From the NCBI GenBank assembly GCA_016927185.1, contig JAFGND010000047.1, forward strand, positions 1-56,766: 56,766 nt of DNA. Direction: 5' to 3'. The stretch's first letter is position 1; every line of letters starts with the position of its first letter. The notes beneath the pieces are model-generated. The model was given only the letters and a program-made list of their open reading frames with translations, did not search any database and had not been told where the DNA came from. The stretch comes from Candidatus Coatesbacteria bacterium. GTDB taxonomy: Bacteria; JAFGND01. Made by a program: the position numbers and the translations under genes. Positions 47,788 through 56,766 of this stretch are shown here, in pieces.

Positions 47788-48185
47788 CATTCCTTTTCTA
47801 TATAATCGAATATCTCTTTTTTTCTGAAAATGATTTGTTCAGCAAATTCTCTCATCTCACTGTCTTTAGATGGAGTTCTAAGTACCTGTTTCAACGCAGA
47901 GTTGTATCCCATAAGGAGTTTGTCCTTTGTATCACTTATAGATAATTCAGTCATAGAGATTCTTCTTGAGACAGTGAAAAGCTGTGCTATATCATCATAA
48001 TCTTCTTCCAGAGATTTTGCATATGAAAGCAGCTCTTTCTTATGAAATCTCAGATATTCTAACTTGAGGAGAAGATAGGCAAAATGCTGTGCTGGATATG
48101 TGCATTCTTCCTTGATAAAGCAGTATTCAGCCTTATTGTCTTCAGGAAAAATATTGAGGATTGACATGGCATAATTGCATGACAA
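47787..48185 (-). CDS. Hypothetical helical protein
   Basis: 132-aa ORF filling an intergenic gap; no recognised motif; start uncertain. Confidence 0.5.
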   Translation of the reverse strand: MSCNYAMSILNIFPEDNKAEYCFIKEECTYPAQHFAYLLLKLEYLRFHKKELLSYAKSLEEDYDDIAQLFTVSRRISMTELSISDTKDKLLMGYNSALKQVLRTPSKDSEMREFAEQIIFRKKEIFDYIEKE

Positions 48186-48328
48186 TGGATTTATATGTCA
48201 ATTGAATTCAACTTAATCTGCTGCATGAAACCTGTCGCTTGAAAATCACCTTTCCATAGATAGCAAATTATACTTGACAGTATTTGGAAATCATTCGCAC
48301 ATTCTTGACCTATATTCAAGGAGAAATT

Positions 48329-49573
48329 ATGGAAAAGTTGCTTCTTTTAAATCTGTTATTTATATCCATCTTGTTTTCTGAAGAACCTCTATGGAAATAT
48401 AAGACAGATGGAGCGTTAACAAGTGCTTCGCTTGACAGTTCAACAAGCTCATTGTTTTTTGGAAGCAAGGACTGCAATATTTATTCAGTAAATTCAGTTA
48501 CTGGAGAGCTCAGGAATAAATATGCAGTTTCAGGGGAACTTGGTGCCCCATTTTACAAGGATCATTGCCTGTATTTCCCAGCTAGCGATAACACTTTCAG
48601 ATGCATTAACAGTCTCGATTTTACCCTCAAGTGGATATTCAATCCAAGAGGCAGACCACATGAAGGTTTTATATATGATAATAATGTATATTTCGGATGT
48701 CAGGATACTTATGTTTATGCATTGAATGTGCTTGATGCAAACAAGAAATGGGAATTTATGACTGGGAAGGCAGTTTTTGCTAGACCTTATGCAGCAAATG
48801 GTTACCTGTTCATAGGAAGCGAGGATTGTAATTTTTATGCGCTTGATGCACCAAGAGGCTCAATGATATGGAGTTTCAAGACAGAAGGAGGCATATATAC
48901 TTCAGCAGCAGTCAAAGAGAGAATTGTATATTTCACAAGCTCTGATAGTTATCTTTATGCCTTGAATTCCATATCAGGAAGTTTCTACTGGAAATACAAA
49001 GCAGGGGATCAGATTCTCTCTTCACCATGCATTCATGAAGACTTTTTGTATCTGGGTTGTCACGACAGCAACATCTATTCCATAAACAAGAATGACGGAA
49101 CCTTGCTATGGAAATCTTCAATTGGTGCTGAGACAATTTCTCAGCCATGTGTTCTGAAAAGCACTGTTTACATTGGAAGCAGGGACAACTGCTTTTACGG
49201 CTTTTATTCATATACTGGAAAGGAGATATTCAAATTTCAGTCAGGGAACTGGTTTGATGCATCTCCCTGCACGGACGGCATGCATGTTTTTATAGGCTCC
49301 AAAGACACTTATATGTATGCTTTCCAGCATGAAAATGGTTTCAGTGATAACAGTTTCTCAAGTTATCTGCCTTCAGTTTTTTCAGTATACCCTAATCCAT
49401 TCAGGGATCATCTTGTTGTAAAGTCAGTTAACGGATTGAGAATTCATGATATTGCAGGACATCTCAAGGCTATATTGCCGAAGGGAGAAATCAGGATAGT
49501 CACTGATTCCTGGAAAAAGGGAGTCTATATAGTAACTAATGGAATTAATAGTAAGCGTATGGTGAAATACTAA
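48329..49573 (+). CDS. PQQ-like beta-propeller repeat protein with T9SS-type CTD
   Basis: ATG 48329 with AAGGAG RBS; signal peptide; eight W..S.P..YFGSxD..YA blades; VYPNPF..DIAG..GVY tail. Confidence 0.87.
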   Translation: MEKLLLLNLLFISILFSEEPLWKYKTDGALTSASLDSSTSSLFFGSKDCNIYSVNSVTGELRNKYAVSGELGAPFYKDHCLYFPASDNTFRCINSLDFTLKWIFNPRGRPHEGFIYDNNVYFGCQDTYVYALNVLDANKKWEFMTGKAVFARPYAANGYLFIGSEDCNFYALDAPRGSMIWSFKTEGGIYTSAAVKERIVYFTSSDSYLYALNSISGSFYWKYKAGDQILSSPCIHEDFLYLGCHDSNIYSINKNDGTLLWKSSIGAETISQPCVLKSTVYIGSRDNCFYGFYSYTGKEIFKFQSGNWFDASPCTDGMHVFIGSKDTYMYAFQHENGFSDNSFSSYLPSVFSVYPNPFRDHLVVKSVNGLRIHDIAGHLKAILPKGEIRIVTDSWKKGVYIVTNGINSKRMVKY

Positions 49574-49939
49574 CTATTTCTCTATTATCTGATTATCAGC
49601 TTGTTTTGGCAGGAAAATGTGGATCTTGGCTGCATGTTCTTCATCAAGAGGAATAGTAAGAAAAAGGAAATTTCTGTCTTCTGAATCAAGGAAGCCTTTA
49701 GTATTTACTTTTTTTGTTATTGATTTCATGAGAGGACAGTCTTTATGAGCTTCCTTGTTTCCAAGTACCTCGTAGCATTTCATGTTTTCTATTTTCCTTC
49801 CTTCATTCATTTCCTCTGCAAATCTCTCGTTATGCCAGACAACATCAAGTTTTTTATTCAAAACCATTATGGAAAGAAAGGGATTGTCAAGAATGTTCTT
49901 TGCGAGCTTTGAAAGAACAGTTTCAACAAATGCGCTCAT
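49574..49939 (-). CDS. Stand-alone PAS-domain protein
   Basis: ILDNPFLSIMVLNKKLDVVWHN..KCYEVL..CP; GGAGG RBS. Confidence 0.75.
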   Translation of the reverse strand: MSAFVETVLSKLAKNILDNPFLSIMVLNKKLDVVWHNERFAEEMNEGRKIENMKCYEVLGNKEAHKDCPLMKSITKKVNTKGFLDSEDRNFLFLTIPLDEEHAAKIHIFLPKQADNQIIEK

Positions 49940-49977
49940 GATTGTCCTCCTTGAAGAATTTTTTCAGTCTTTGAATG

Positions 49978-50013
49978 AAAAAGCATAAAGCCTGTCAAGT
50001 ACAGCCTTTATGC
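49978..50013 (-). terminator. Rho-independent terminator after the TauE/SafE gene
   Basis: Minus strand GCATAAAGGCTGT-ACTTG-ACAGGCTTTATGC followed by TTTTT. Confidence 0.7.
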
Positions 50014-50026
50014 ATCTTCACGTCAA

Positions 50027-50827
50027 TTACTTGAGAATACTTGGAATAACCTTGAAGGTTTGTAAGAGTTTGAAAACATTTATTACAAGTATAAGAATTG
50101 CAACAAATATCATTAAAGGTTTAGCCTTGATTTTCTTTGTAACATAAGCAGCAAAGGGTGCAGTTATTATTCCACCGACAAGAAGACCCAATATTGCCTT
50201 CCAGTAAGTTGAAAGAAAACCGCTTCCCAGAGTCACTACAAAAGCTGCAGCTTCAGCCATTGTTACAAACCATTCTGAAGCATTAACCGAACCAATAACA
50301 AGCTTTGGATTGTGTCCCCTTGCAATCATTGTTGATGTGACTATTGGACCCCATCCTCCTCCACCTGTTGCATCAAAAAATCCTCCAACAACTCCAAGTG
50401 GAATTATATGCTTTGTCACTTCCTTGTGTTCAGTTACCTTGAGTGCTTTGTAAAATATTGTGATACCTATTATTATTAAATATATCAGTACTATAGGTTT
50501 TATTATCTTGTCAGGAATTGAAGTAAGGACATATGCCCCGATTATTCCACCAATAACTCCTGGAATAACAAGACTCTTGAATAATTTCTTGTCTACATTC
50601 CCGAACTTGAAATGGGAGATTCCTGATATGAATGTTGTGAAGAATTCAGCACAATGGACAAGGGCACTACTCTGACTGGCATTTATTCCAGGATTTAGTG
50701 AAAGCAGCAATGTATTGGAAGTGACACCATAAGCCATACCAAGAGCTCCATCGATAATCTGGGCAACAAAGCCGATTACAATATAAAGAAGAATTTCTTT
50801 ATCCCATAATTGTGATAATATCTCCAC
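50027..50827 (-). CDS. Sulfite exporter TauE/SafE family membrane protein
   Basis: AQIIDGALGMAYGV, SGISHFKFGNVD, DATGGGGWGP, IGSVNASE. Confidence 0.9.
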   Translation of the reverse strand: MEILSQLWDKEILLYIVIGFVAQIIDGALGMAYGVTSNTLLLSLNPGINASQSSALVHCAEFFTTFISGISHFKFGNVDKKLFKSLVIPGVIGGIIGAYVLTSIPDKIIKPIVLIYLIIIGITIFYKALKVTEHKEVTKHIIPLGVVGGFFDATGGGGWGPIVTSTMIARGHNPKLVIGSVNASEWFVTMAEAAAFVVTLGSGFLSTYWKAILGLLVGGIITAPFAAYVTKKIKAKPLMIFVAILILVINVFKLLQTFKVIPSILK

Positions 50828-50883
50828 CAGAATCTCCCTTCTTTAACATATTCTCTTGACAAAAAGCTGGTTAAACATTTTCC

Positions 50884-50931
50884 TTAATCCGGATTAATTA
50901 TTACGAAAGCCGAGTTAAATATAACTTAACT
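50884..50931. promoter_or_regulatory. Operator-like palindromes between the divergent TauE/SafE and repressor genes
   Basis: Perfect TTAATCCGGATTAA (50884-50897) and AGTTAA-N7-TTAACT (50913-50931). Confidence 0.45.
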
Positions 50932-50983
50932 TTTGTCAATAGATTTTATTTTTTGTTTATTATTTTTTAAGAAATTTAGTATT

Positions 50984-51706
50984 ATGGAAGAACAAGAAAT
51001 ACTTGAAAGATTGAAACTTGCAATGGAAAAGATTGGTATGAAACCAAGTGAATTGGCAAGAAGATGTAATGTCAGCAGATCCTATATCTCACAGATTCTA
51101 AGTGGCGTAAGCAAACCAAGATTGAGAAGGATTCTTCCAGCAATTTCCAATGAAATAAATGCTGACTGGATAATCTCGGGAAGAGGACATATGCTCGCAA
51201 ACGAGGAGGCAGAAGGTTTTGAAGAAGCAGATCTGTCTCTCGCTTTCAAGATAATCAAGGTTATAAAGGAGGAAGGAAGAGATCTCAAATATGAAACAAA
51301 GAGATCTGAAAACTTTCTTGATATACCGATAATTTCCTCTACAGGTACTGATGTCATAGACACTCCAGACAAGAAAACTGAATTCATAAGGTTTCCTAAA
51401 AGTTTTTTTGATACAGAGGATGGCATTTTTTTCGCCATGATAATTGAAGAGGATGATCTTTATCCAAATCTTTGCAGGGGAGATATCGCAATATTTCGCC
51501 AGCAGTCAATCATGGAAGATGGAAAGATCGGGATTTTTGCATTTCCTGAAAGAGATTTATACAAGAAAATCGTAAGGATTTTCGACCACAAGAAGAATCA
51601 TATATTCCTGTTCTGCATAGACAGCAAGATAGAACCTTTGATTTTCCTTCCAAATGATGAACTGCATATATTGGGAGTCCTGGTATTAAGCATCAGGAAA
51701 TACTGA
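50984..51706 (+). CDS. XRE-HTH + S24 (LexA/CI-like) transcriptional regulator, catalytic Ser apparently lost
   Basis: PSELARRCNVSRSYISQILSG HTH; INADWIISGRG; C-terminal FAMIIEEDDLYP..RGDIAIF..DGKIG. Start taken at ATG 50984. Confidence 0.8.
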   Translation: MEEQEILERLKLAMEKIGMKPSELARRCNVSRSYISQILSGVSKPRLRRILPAISNEINADWIISGRGHMLANEEAEGFEEADLSLAFKIIKVIKEEGRDLKYETKRSENFLDIPIISSTGTDVIDTPDKKTEFIRFPKSFFDTEDGIFFAMIIEEDDLYPNLCRGDIAIFRQQSIMEDGKIGIFAFPERDLYKKIVRIFDHKKNHIFLFCIDSKIEPLIFLPNDELHILGVLVLSIRKY

Positions 51707-51710
51707 TAAT

Positions 51711-54700
51711 CTAGTCTTGCTTAATCATTGTTTCAATAATATGAGCTAATTTCCTCAGTTGATAAGGTTTTGAAAGAAATGAGGCATTGATATTATCAAT
51801 ATGAGGTTTTAGCTGCTTCGAAACTTCGAAACCGCTTGATAGTATTATCTTCAAAGCAGGATCCAGTTCCCTGAGCTTGAAAAATGTTCTCTCTCCATTC
51901 ATTATAGGCATTATATAATCAAGAAGAACAAGATCGAATTCCCCTGCTTCCTTGTTCTTGAATATCTGTATTCCTTCAACACCATCTTTTGCAAGATGGA
52001 CTCTATGCCCAAGCAACTCCAGCATTCCCTGTGCGGTTAACCTTACTATTTCCTCATCATCTATTACGAGAACATTGAGTTTCCTGGAAGAAACCTTTAT
52101 TGGAGTTGTTTCAGGAAGCATTTCCTCATGTTTCTCAGAAATCGGGAAATAAATAAAGAATTTGGTTCCTATTCCTTTATGGCTTTCCACCCTGATATGA
52201 CCATTATGATTCTTTATTATTGTATATACCATTGCAAGCCCTAATCCAGTGCCTCTTCCTGATGGCTTGGTTGTGAAGAAAGGATCAAAAATCTGATCAA
52301 TGATTTCAGGTTCAATTCCCATGCCTGTATCTTTTATTTCCAGGCAGACAAAAGGCAATCCATCACTGTTCAAGAATATGCTATCCTTGTCATTAATCAT
52401 CCTTATAGAGAATGTTAACTTGCCTCCTTCAACCATTGCATCTCTTGCATTCACAGCAAGATTCAGAATCACTTGTTCTATTTGAGTAGAATCTCCCCTG
52501 ATAAGTATATTCTTGTCTTCAGGGACATCTATTGCAAGCTTGATATCAGGATTGAAGCTAGCTCTGCATATCTGGAAAACATCTTTTGTAATTTCGTTGA
52601 GTTTTATGACCTGGAATACGCTTTCCTGTTTCCTGGCAAGATTAAGCAGGTTTGCAATAAGATTCTTAGCCCTCTCGGAAGCATTTTGCATCAATTCAAG
52701 ACTGGAAAGGATTTCAGAAGCTTTCATTTCAGGATTCTTGCTTATCCTGTATAGAAGCAAACTCAAAGGTCCTACAATCCCGGAAAGAAGATTATTGAAA
52801 TCATGTGCTATGCCACCAGCGAGCGTACCTACTGTCTCCATTTTCTGAGATTGTCTCAACTGCTGTTCAAATACTTCTATCTTTGTAATATCATCCAGTC
52901 TTATAACACAACCGGAAATGCCATTTGTAATAAGAGGGAACAGGAATATGTTATATATCTTTTCTCCATTACCCAGATCTATCTTCTTCTGGAACAGAGT
53001 TTCTTCCTGGATATTACTTAGGACATTCCTGTATTTCTCCTTAAGGAATGATAATTCAGGAACAAGTCTCCATATATTTTTTCCGAATGCTTCTTCCTTC
53101 TCTATTTTTGTTGAATTTGATGCAGATTTGTTCCATTGATTGATGCAGTCCTTTGTATCAAGAGTTATAAGAATAGATGGCATGCTTTCTACGACATTCA
53201 AGAGAAGTTTTTCTGTTTTACTGAGTTTTCTTTTAGTCCTTTCTACCAATGTGATATCCTGGACAAGAATAACAAAGTAAGATTCACTTATCTTCCATAC
53301 AATCTCATTGAATGCCCTGTACGGATTCTCATTCCCCTCGACTACGAATTGAAAACTGTCTGCTTCCCCAGTTTGCATTACTTTCATGAAGTGTTCCATC
53401 TCTTCTTTATGCATATTTATATCATGAAATCTGGAGAAATGCACTCCTATTATTTTTTCTCTCGGGAGCTGTATCATATTCAGGGCAGCAGGATTTGCAT
53501 CTATCAATATGTAATCTACCATCTTTCCTGTTGCATCATATACTGGCTGGCAAACAAGCATTGCATGAGGCAGATTATCTGTAGCTTTTTTCAGTCTTTG
53601 TTCTGCTGCTTTCTGTTTTGCTTCTGCTTCCTTCTTTGCTGTAATGTTCCTTGATATGATAAGTATCTTCTTTTTCCCTTCGATATCTAGCATACTTCCG
53701 GACATCTCCAGATATATCTTTTGTCCATTCTTCATTTTTGCAGTAGTTTCCAGTGTAGGTTCCTTGCCTTCTATAATCATTTTCCTGAAATAATCCAATT
53801 CTTCTTTGCTTAATGTAAGGATTTCCTGAGAATCTAAATTGAGAAACTCCTCTTTTGTATAGCCAAGGGTTTCATAAGATCGCCTGTTAGCATCAATTAT
53901 ACCTTTTTCAGGACTGATAAGTAACAAGGCGTCATGAGATTTTTCAAAAAGATTTCTGTAGCGGATTTCAGATTCCTCAAGTGCTTTCTGGGCATTCAGT
54001 CTTTCAGTAATGTCCCTCACGAGAACAAGGACAAGCGATTTGTTCTGTATCCTTATAAGGCGAGCAGAAGCTTCTATATTTATCCTTGAGCCATTTTTCC
54101 TTATGTTCTCCCCTGCATGAAAGGCATAACCATCTTTCAGAAGAGTCTGTACAAAACTATTAAGACTCTTGACAGTCTCCTGAGGTATCAATTGGTAAAC
54201 CTTTATATTAAGAAGTTCCTGGATGCTATATCCAAGCATTTCTGCCGCTCTACTGTTTGCATCCAGAATGTTTCCTTCAAGATCTTCAAGGAATACCGCA
54301 TCAGAAGCTTGTTCAAATAGTGTCCTGTATCTGTGTTCTGATTCTTCAAGTATCTTGAATGCTGAAATCCTGTCTGTGATATCTCTTGCAAAAACAAGTA
54401 TGTTCTTCTGGTTTTTTATCTCAACAATCCTTGCAGATACTTCTACAGGAATTTCCCTTCCATCCTTATGTATATTAATACCTTCATATCTGACATAGCC
54501 TTCTTTATGAAGTCTGGTTCTGAAATCATCAAGTGATTCTGCTTTTTCTGGGGGAAGTATTCTGTCTACACTGATGTTTATGAATTCATCTTTAGTGTAT
54601 CCATATAGCTTTTCTGCCATAGGATTAACATCTACTATTTTCCCTTCAATATCTTCAAGGAATATGGCTTCAGATGCCTGTTCAAACAATGAACGATACT

Positions 54701-55835
54701 TGTTTTCTGAGGTTTCAAGAGCTTCCTGAAAATCCATTCTGTCAGTTATATCAGTAGTGATTGTAAGCAGGCAAGGTTCATTGTTGATATCTATTATTTC
54801 ACCATTAAGAATGCAATAATTCTGTTTCCTGCTTTTTGAAAATAATTTTATTTCGTAATCATGTATCCTGCCATCTTTTTTAAGAGTCTCAAGCAGATTA
54901 TTCCTGTCCTCTAGTGATTCATATCCTCCAAGCTCTGTTATGGTTTTTCCTATTGCTTCTTCTCTTGTATAACCTGAAATGTTTGTAAAGTTATCATTGA
55001 ATTCTATAAGTCTGCCATCTACAAGACTTGTTATGGTAATGGGATTTGGGGAAGCAAGAAAAGCCTTCCTGAATCTTTCCTCAGAGATTTTCAGTTTTTC
55101 TTCAGCGATAATACGATCTGTAATATCTCTTATTACTGCTTGAAAAATTGTCTCAATTCCAATATTAATCAAGTTAAATGAAATTTCAGAATGAAACAGC
55201 TCTCCTGTGAATCTCCTGAGATGCCAGTATAAACTTATATGGTTATTCGAGAGAACATCATTAAAAATGAGGGAAATCTTTTCAGAAGAAAGACTTCCGT
55301 CAGGCTGCATCTTAGGGGAATAATCAAGCAAAGTATATCCAATAACTTCACTTTTTGTTTTGCAGTTCAGCATGTTAACAGTTGCAGCATTACAATCAAT
55401 AATCTTGTCATCCTGAATAAGCAGTATTGTATCTTTCGAATTTTCGAACATTGCCCTGTATTTGTTCTCGCTTATAAGTAATGCTTCCAGAAGTCTTTCT
55501 TTATCTGATTTTACTGATGATTCCTGACTTTCCCAGGAAAGCAACCATAATTCATTTTTTACTTTTCTACCGTTAACTATACCAGTTTTTTCTCCAGAGG
55601 AGGTCTTCACCAAGACATTTCTTTTGAATTCCTTGTTTTTCTGAGGTAATTTCTTCAGAAAACTCACTTTCTTGTTTATAAGATTATCTGCTGAGCCGAA
55701 CAGGAATTCCCAACTGGAATTAACATCCAGTAATGTTCCTTGATTATCTATAATTGCGTAGGGTACATCGAGATATGACTTGTAAAGATCCAGCTCTTTA
55801 AGAATATCAGAAATATTTGGGTGTTCAGAGTTCAT
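51711..55835 (-). CDS. Cytoplasmic multi-PAS hybrid histidine kinase with C-terminal receiver
   Basis: 7-8 PAS repeats (YRxLFE..DITxR); H-box GGIAHDFNNLL; NARDAM, DTGMG, FDPFFTTK, GTGLGL; receiver IDDE..LLD..KPY; no TM segments. Confidence 0.94.
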   Translation of the reverse strand: MNSEHPNISDILKELDLYKSYLDVPYAIIDNQGTLLDVNSSWEFLFGSADNLINKKVSFLKKLPQKNKEFKRNVLVKTSSGEKTGIVNGRKVKNELWLLSWESQESSVKSDKERLLEALLISENKYRAMFENSKDTILLIQDDKIIDCNAATVNMLNCKTKSEVIGYTLLDYSPKMQPDGSLSSEKISLIFNDVLSNNHISLYWHLRRFTGELFHSEISFNLINIGIETIFQAVIRDITDRIIAEEKLKISEERFRKAFLASPNPITITSLVDGRLIEFNDNFTNISGYTREEAIGKTITELGGYESLEDRNNLLETLKKDGRIHDYEIKLFSKSRKQNYCILNGEIIDINNEPCLLTITTDITDRMDFQEALETSENKYRSLFEQASEAIFLEDIEGKIVDVNPMAEKLYGYTKDEFINISVDRILPPEKAESLDDFRTRLHKEGYVRYEGINIHKDGREIPVEVSARIVEIKNQKNILVFARDITDRISAFKILEESEHRYRTLFEQASDAVFLEDLEGNILDANSRAAEMLGYSIQELLNIKVYQLIPQETVKSLNSFVQTLLKDGYAFHAGENIRKNGSRINIEASARLIRIQNKSLVLVLVRDITERLNAQKALEESEIRYRNLFEKSHDALLLISPEKGIIDANRRSYETLGYTKEEFLNLDSQEILTLSKEELDYFRKMIIEGKEPTLETTAKMKNGQKIYLEMSGSMLDIEGKKKILIISRNITAKKEAEAKQKAAEQRLKKATDNLPHAMLVCQPVYDATGKMVDYILIDANPAALNMIQLPREKIIGVHFSRFHDINMHKEEMEHFMKVMQTGEADSFQFVVEGNENPYRAFNEIVWKISESYFVILVQDITLVERTKRKLSKTEKLLLNVVESMPSILITLDTKDCINQWNKSASNSTKIEKEEAFGKNIWRLVPELSFLKEKYRNVLSNIQEETLFQKKIDLGNGEKIYNIFLFPLITNGISGCVIRLDDITKIEVFEQQLRQSQKMETVGTLAGGIAHDFNNLLSGIVGPLSLLLYRISKNPEMKASEILSSLELMQNASERAKNLIANLLNLARKQESVFQVIKLNEITKDVFQICRASFNPDIKLAIDVPEDKNILIRGDSTQIEQVILNLAVNARDAMVEGGKLTFSIRMINDKDSIFLNSDGLPFVCLEIKDTGMGIEPEIIDQIFDPFFTTKPSGRGTGLGLAMVYTIIKNHNGHIRVESHKGIGTKFFIYFPISEKHEEMLPETTPIKVSSRKLNVLVIDDEEIVRLTAQGMLELLGHRVHLAKDGVEGIQIFKNKEAGEFDLVLLDYIMPIMNGERTFFKLRELDPALKIILSSGFEVSKQLKPHIDNINASFLSKPYQLRKLAHIIETMIKQD

Positions 55836-55928
55836 AATACTCCTTTTTATAATTTGCTTGTTGAAAACTTGAAAAGCTATTTGTCAAGAATTAAAGAAAA
55901 AGAAAATAAAATAATTTTTCGAATATGG

Positions 55929-55970
55929 TTATGACATAAGCAGGAAACAAGTTTCCTGCTTAAATCATAA
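55929..55970. terminator. Long inverted repeat downstream of the T9SS-CTD gene
   Basis: TAAGCAGGAAAC-AA-GTTTCCTGCTTA (55937-55962) flanked by TTATGA/TCATAA. Confidence 0.6.
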
Positions 55971-55976
55971 AAGAAT

Positions 55977-56766
55977 TTATTTACTTATCTTTATTACTTT
56001 CTTTGTTTCGTTGCCTGATTTGATTATATAAACTCCATCTATCCAGTTAGAAGCATCAATTAAATGCTTACCCTTACTCAGCTTCATTATAATCTGACCT
56101 GTAAGTGAATAAATTATTGCTCCTTCAACAAGCTCAAGCTTCAAGTGAGTATTGAAAGGTGATGGATAACATTCAACAATATTCTTGCAGGTTTCAGTTG
56201 TTGTCTCATTCTCAAAGCCATTCTGGTCTGTTATGGAAAATGACGCATCACTCAGATCTTCCCTGTATTCATAATCTGCCCAGTAGCCCTTTACCCAGCA
56301 GTCATTCGATTTATCATCAGGTATCGTCCACTTGAAACTCTTGGTATCTGCATTACCTCTATAGATCTCTTTGAAGTTGCCATTCTTGCCATTGGATGAA
56401 TAAAATATCATTACCCTCCCATTATCTGGACAACTCCATTGTACTGTCTGCTGACTTCCTACTCGCCATCGCTCCCCTCCATTAGGCTTGATGACTGTTA
56501 TATATTTGGTTGGTACTATGGAAAATGCCGCATCACTAAGATCCTCCTTGTATTCATTGTCTGCCCAGTAGCCCTTTACCCAGCAATTATCTGATGGCTC
56601 ATCCGGTATCGTCCAGCTGAAATTCTTTGTCGCTCCTGTCCCCCTGAATATCTCCTTGAAAGTGCCATTATTACCATCAGTGGAATAGAATATCATAACC
56701 CTGCCTTCATTCGGACATTGCCATTCTACTGTCTGATGAGAACCTACCTCCCAGCTCTCTCCTCCA
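55977..56766 (-). CDS. Secreted protein with tandem 95-aa Ig-like PNGGE repeats and T9SS-type CTD (C-terminal part; start lies outside the window)
   Basis: Frame is open to the window end (GGESWEVGSHQTVEWQCPNEGRVMIFYS..); repeat period 285 bp (ATG 56696 vs 56411); CTD CYPSPF..IYSLTGQ..GVYII. Confidence 0.87.
   Translation of the reverse strand, partial: GGESWEVGSHQTVEWQCPNEGRVMIFYSTDGNNGTFKEIFRGTGATKNFSWTIPDEPSDNCWVKGYWADNEYKEDLSDAAFSIVPTKYITVIKPNGGERWRVGSQQTVQWSCPDNGRVMIFYSSNGKNGNFKEIYRGNADTKSFKWTIPDDKSNDCWVKGYWADYEYREDLSDASFSITDQNGFENETTTETCKNIVECYPSPFNTHLKLELVEGAIIYSLTGQIIMKLSKGKHLIDASNWIDGVYIIKSGNETKKVIKISK

Noticed and set aside
50984-51706. Prophage remnant or true lexA
   Set aside because: No integrase, structural genes or att-like context; the N-terminus is an XRE HTH and the catalytic Ser motif is absent.
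585-55888. Recurrent TTGAC(A/C) in most intergenic regions as a novel regulatory motif
   Set aside because: Most simply sigma70 -35 elements. I found no consistent second element or spacing, so only the clear promoter at 44581-44609 is reported.

Overview
AT-rich chromosomal window from an anaerobic diderm bacterium, probably FCB-affiliated or a candidate phylum (inferred from T9SS-type C-terminal sorting tails and the rplM-rpsI-rpsB-tsf-pyrH-frr gene order). The centrepiece is a ~16.6 kb minus-strand redox operon (32810->16216). It encodes NuoEFG/HydCB-like subunits with no H-cluster domain, several HdrA-family proteins, an MvhD-HdrD fusion, an HdrL-like (HdrA+GltD) protein split at one in-frame TAG, a DRTGG protein, an RsbT-like kinase and a degenerate [FeFe]-hydrogenase-like protein. 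Two of its genes are selenoproteins that the ORF track truncated: HdrA (NDCSI-U-ILAPKM, UGA 25514-25516) and MvhD (FCCNW-U-AYSAAD, UGA 22647-22649). Each UGA is followed by a SECIS-like hairpin with a GGUN loop. Also present: three B12-dependent radical SAM paralogs near psd and a GT4 glycosyltransferase, a diverged HydE-like radical SAM, mnmG, a translation cluster with a t44/rpsB leader RNA, an anchor-less fumarate-reductase-like pair, tandem C25 (gingipain-like) proteases, repeat-rich secreted proteins, a non-cleavable S24-type repressor and a multi-PAS hybrid kinase. I saw no CRISPR array, tRNA, rRNA, transposase or prophage. All family calls come from motif recognition, without database searches.
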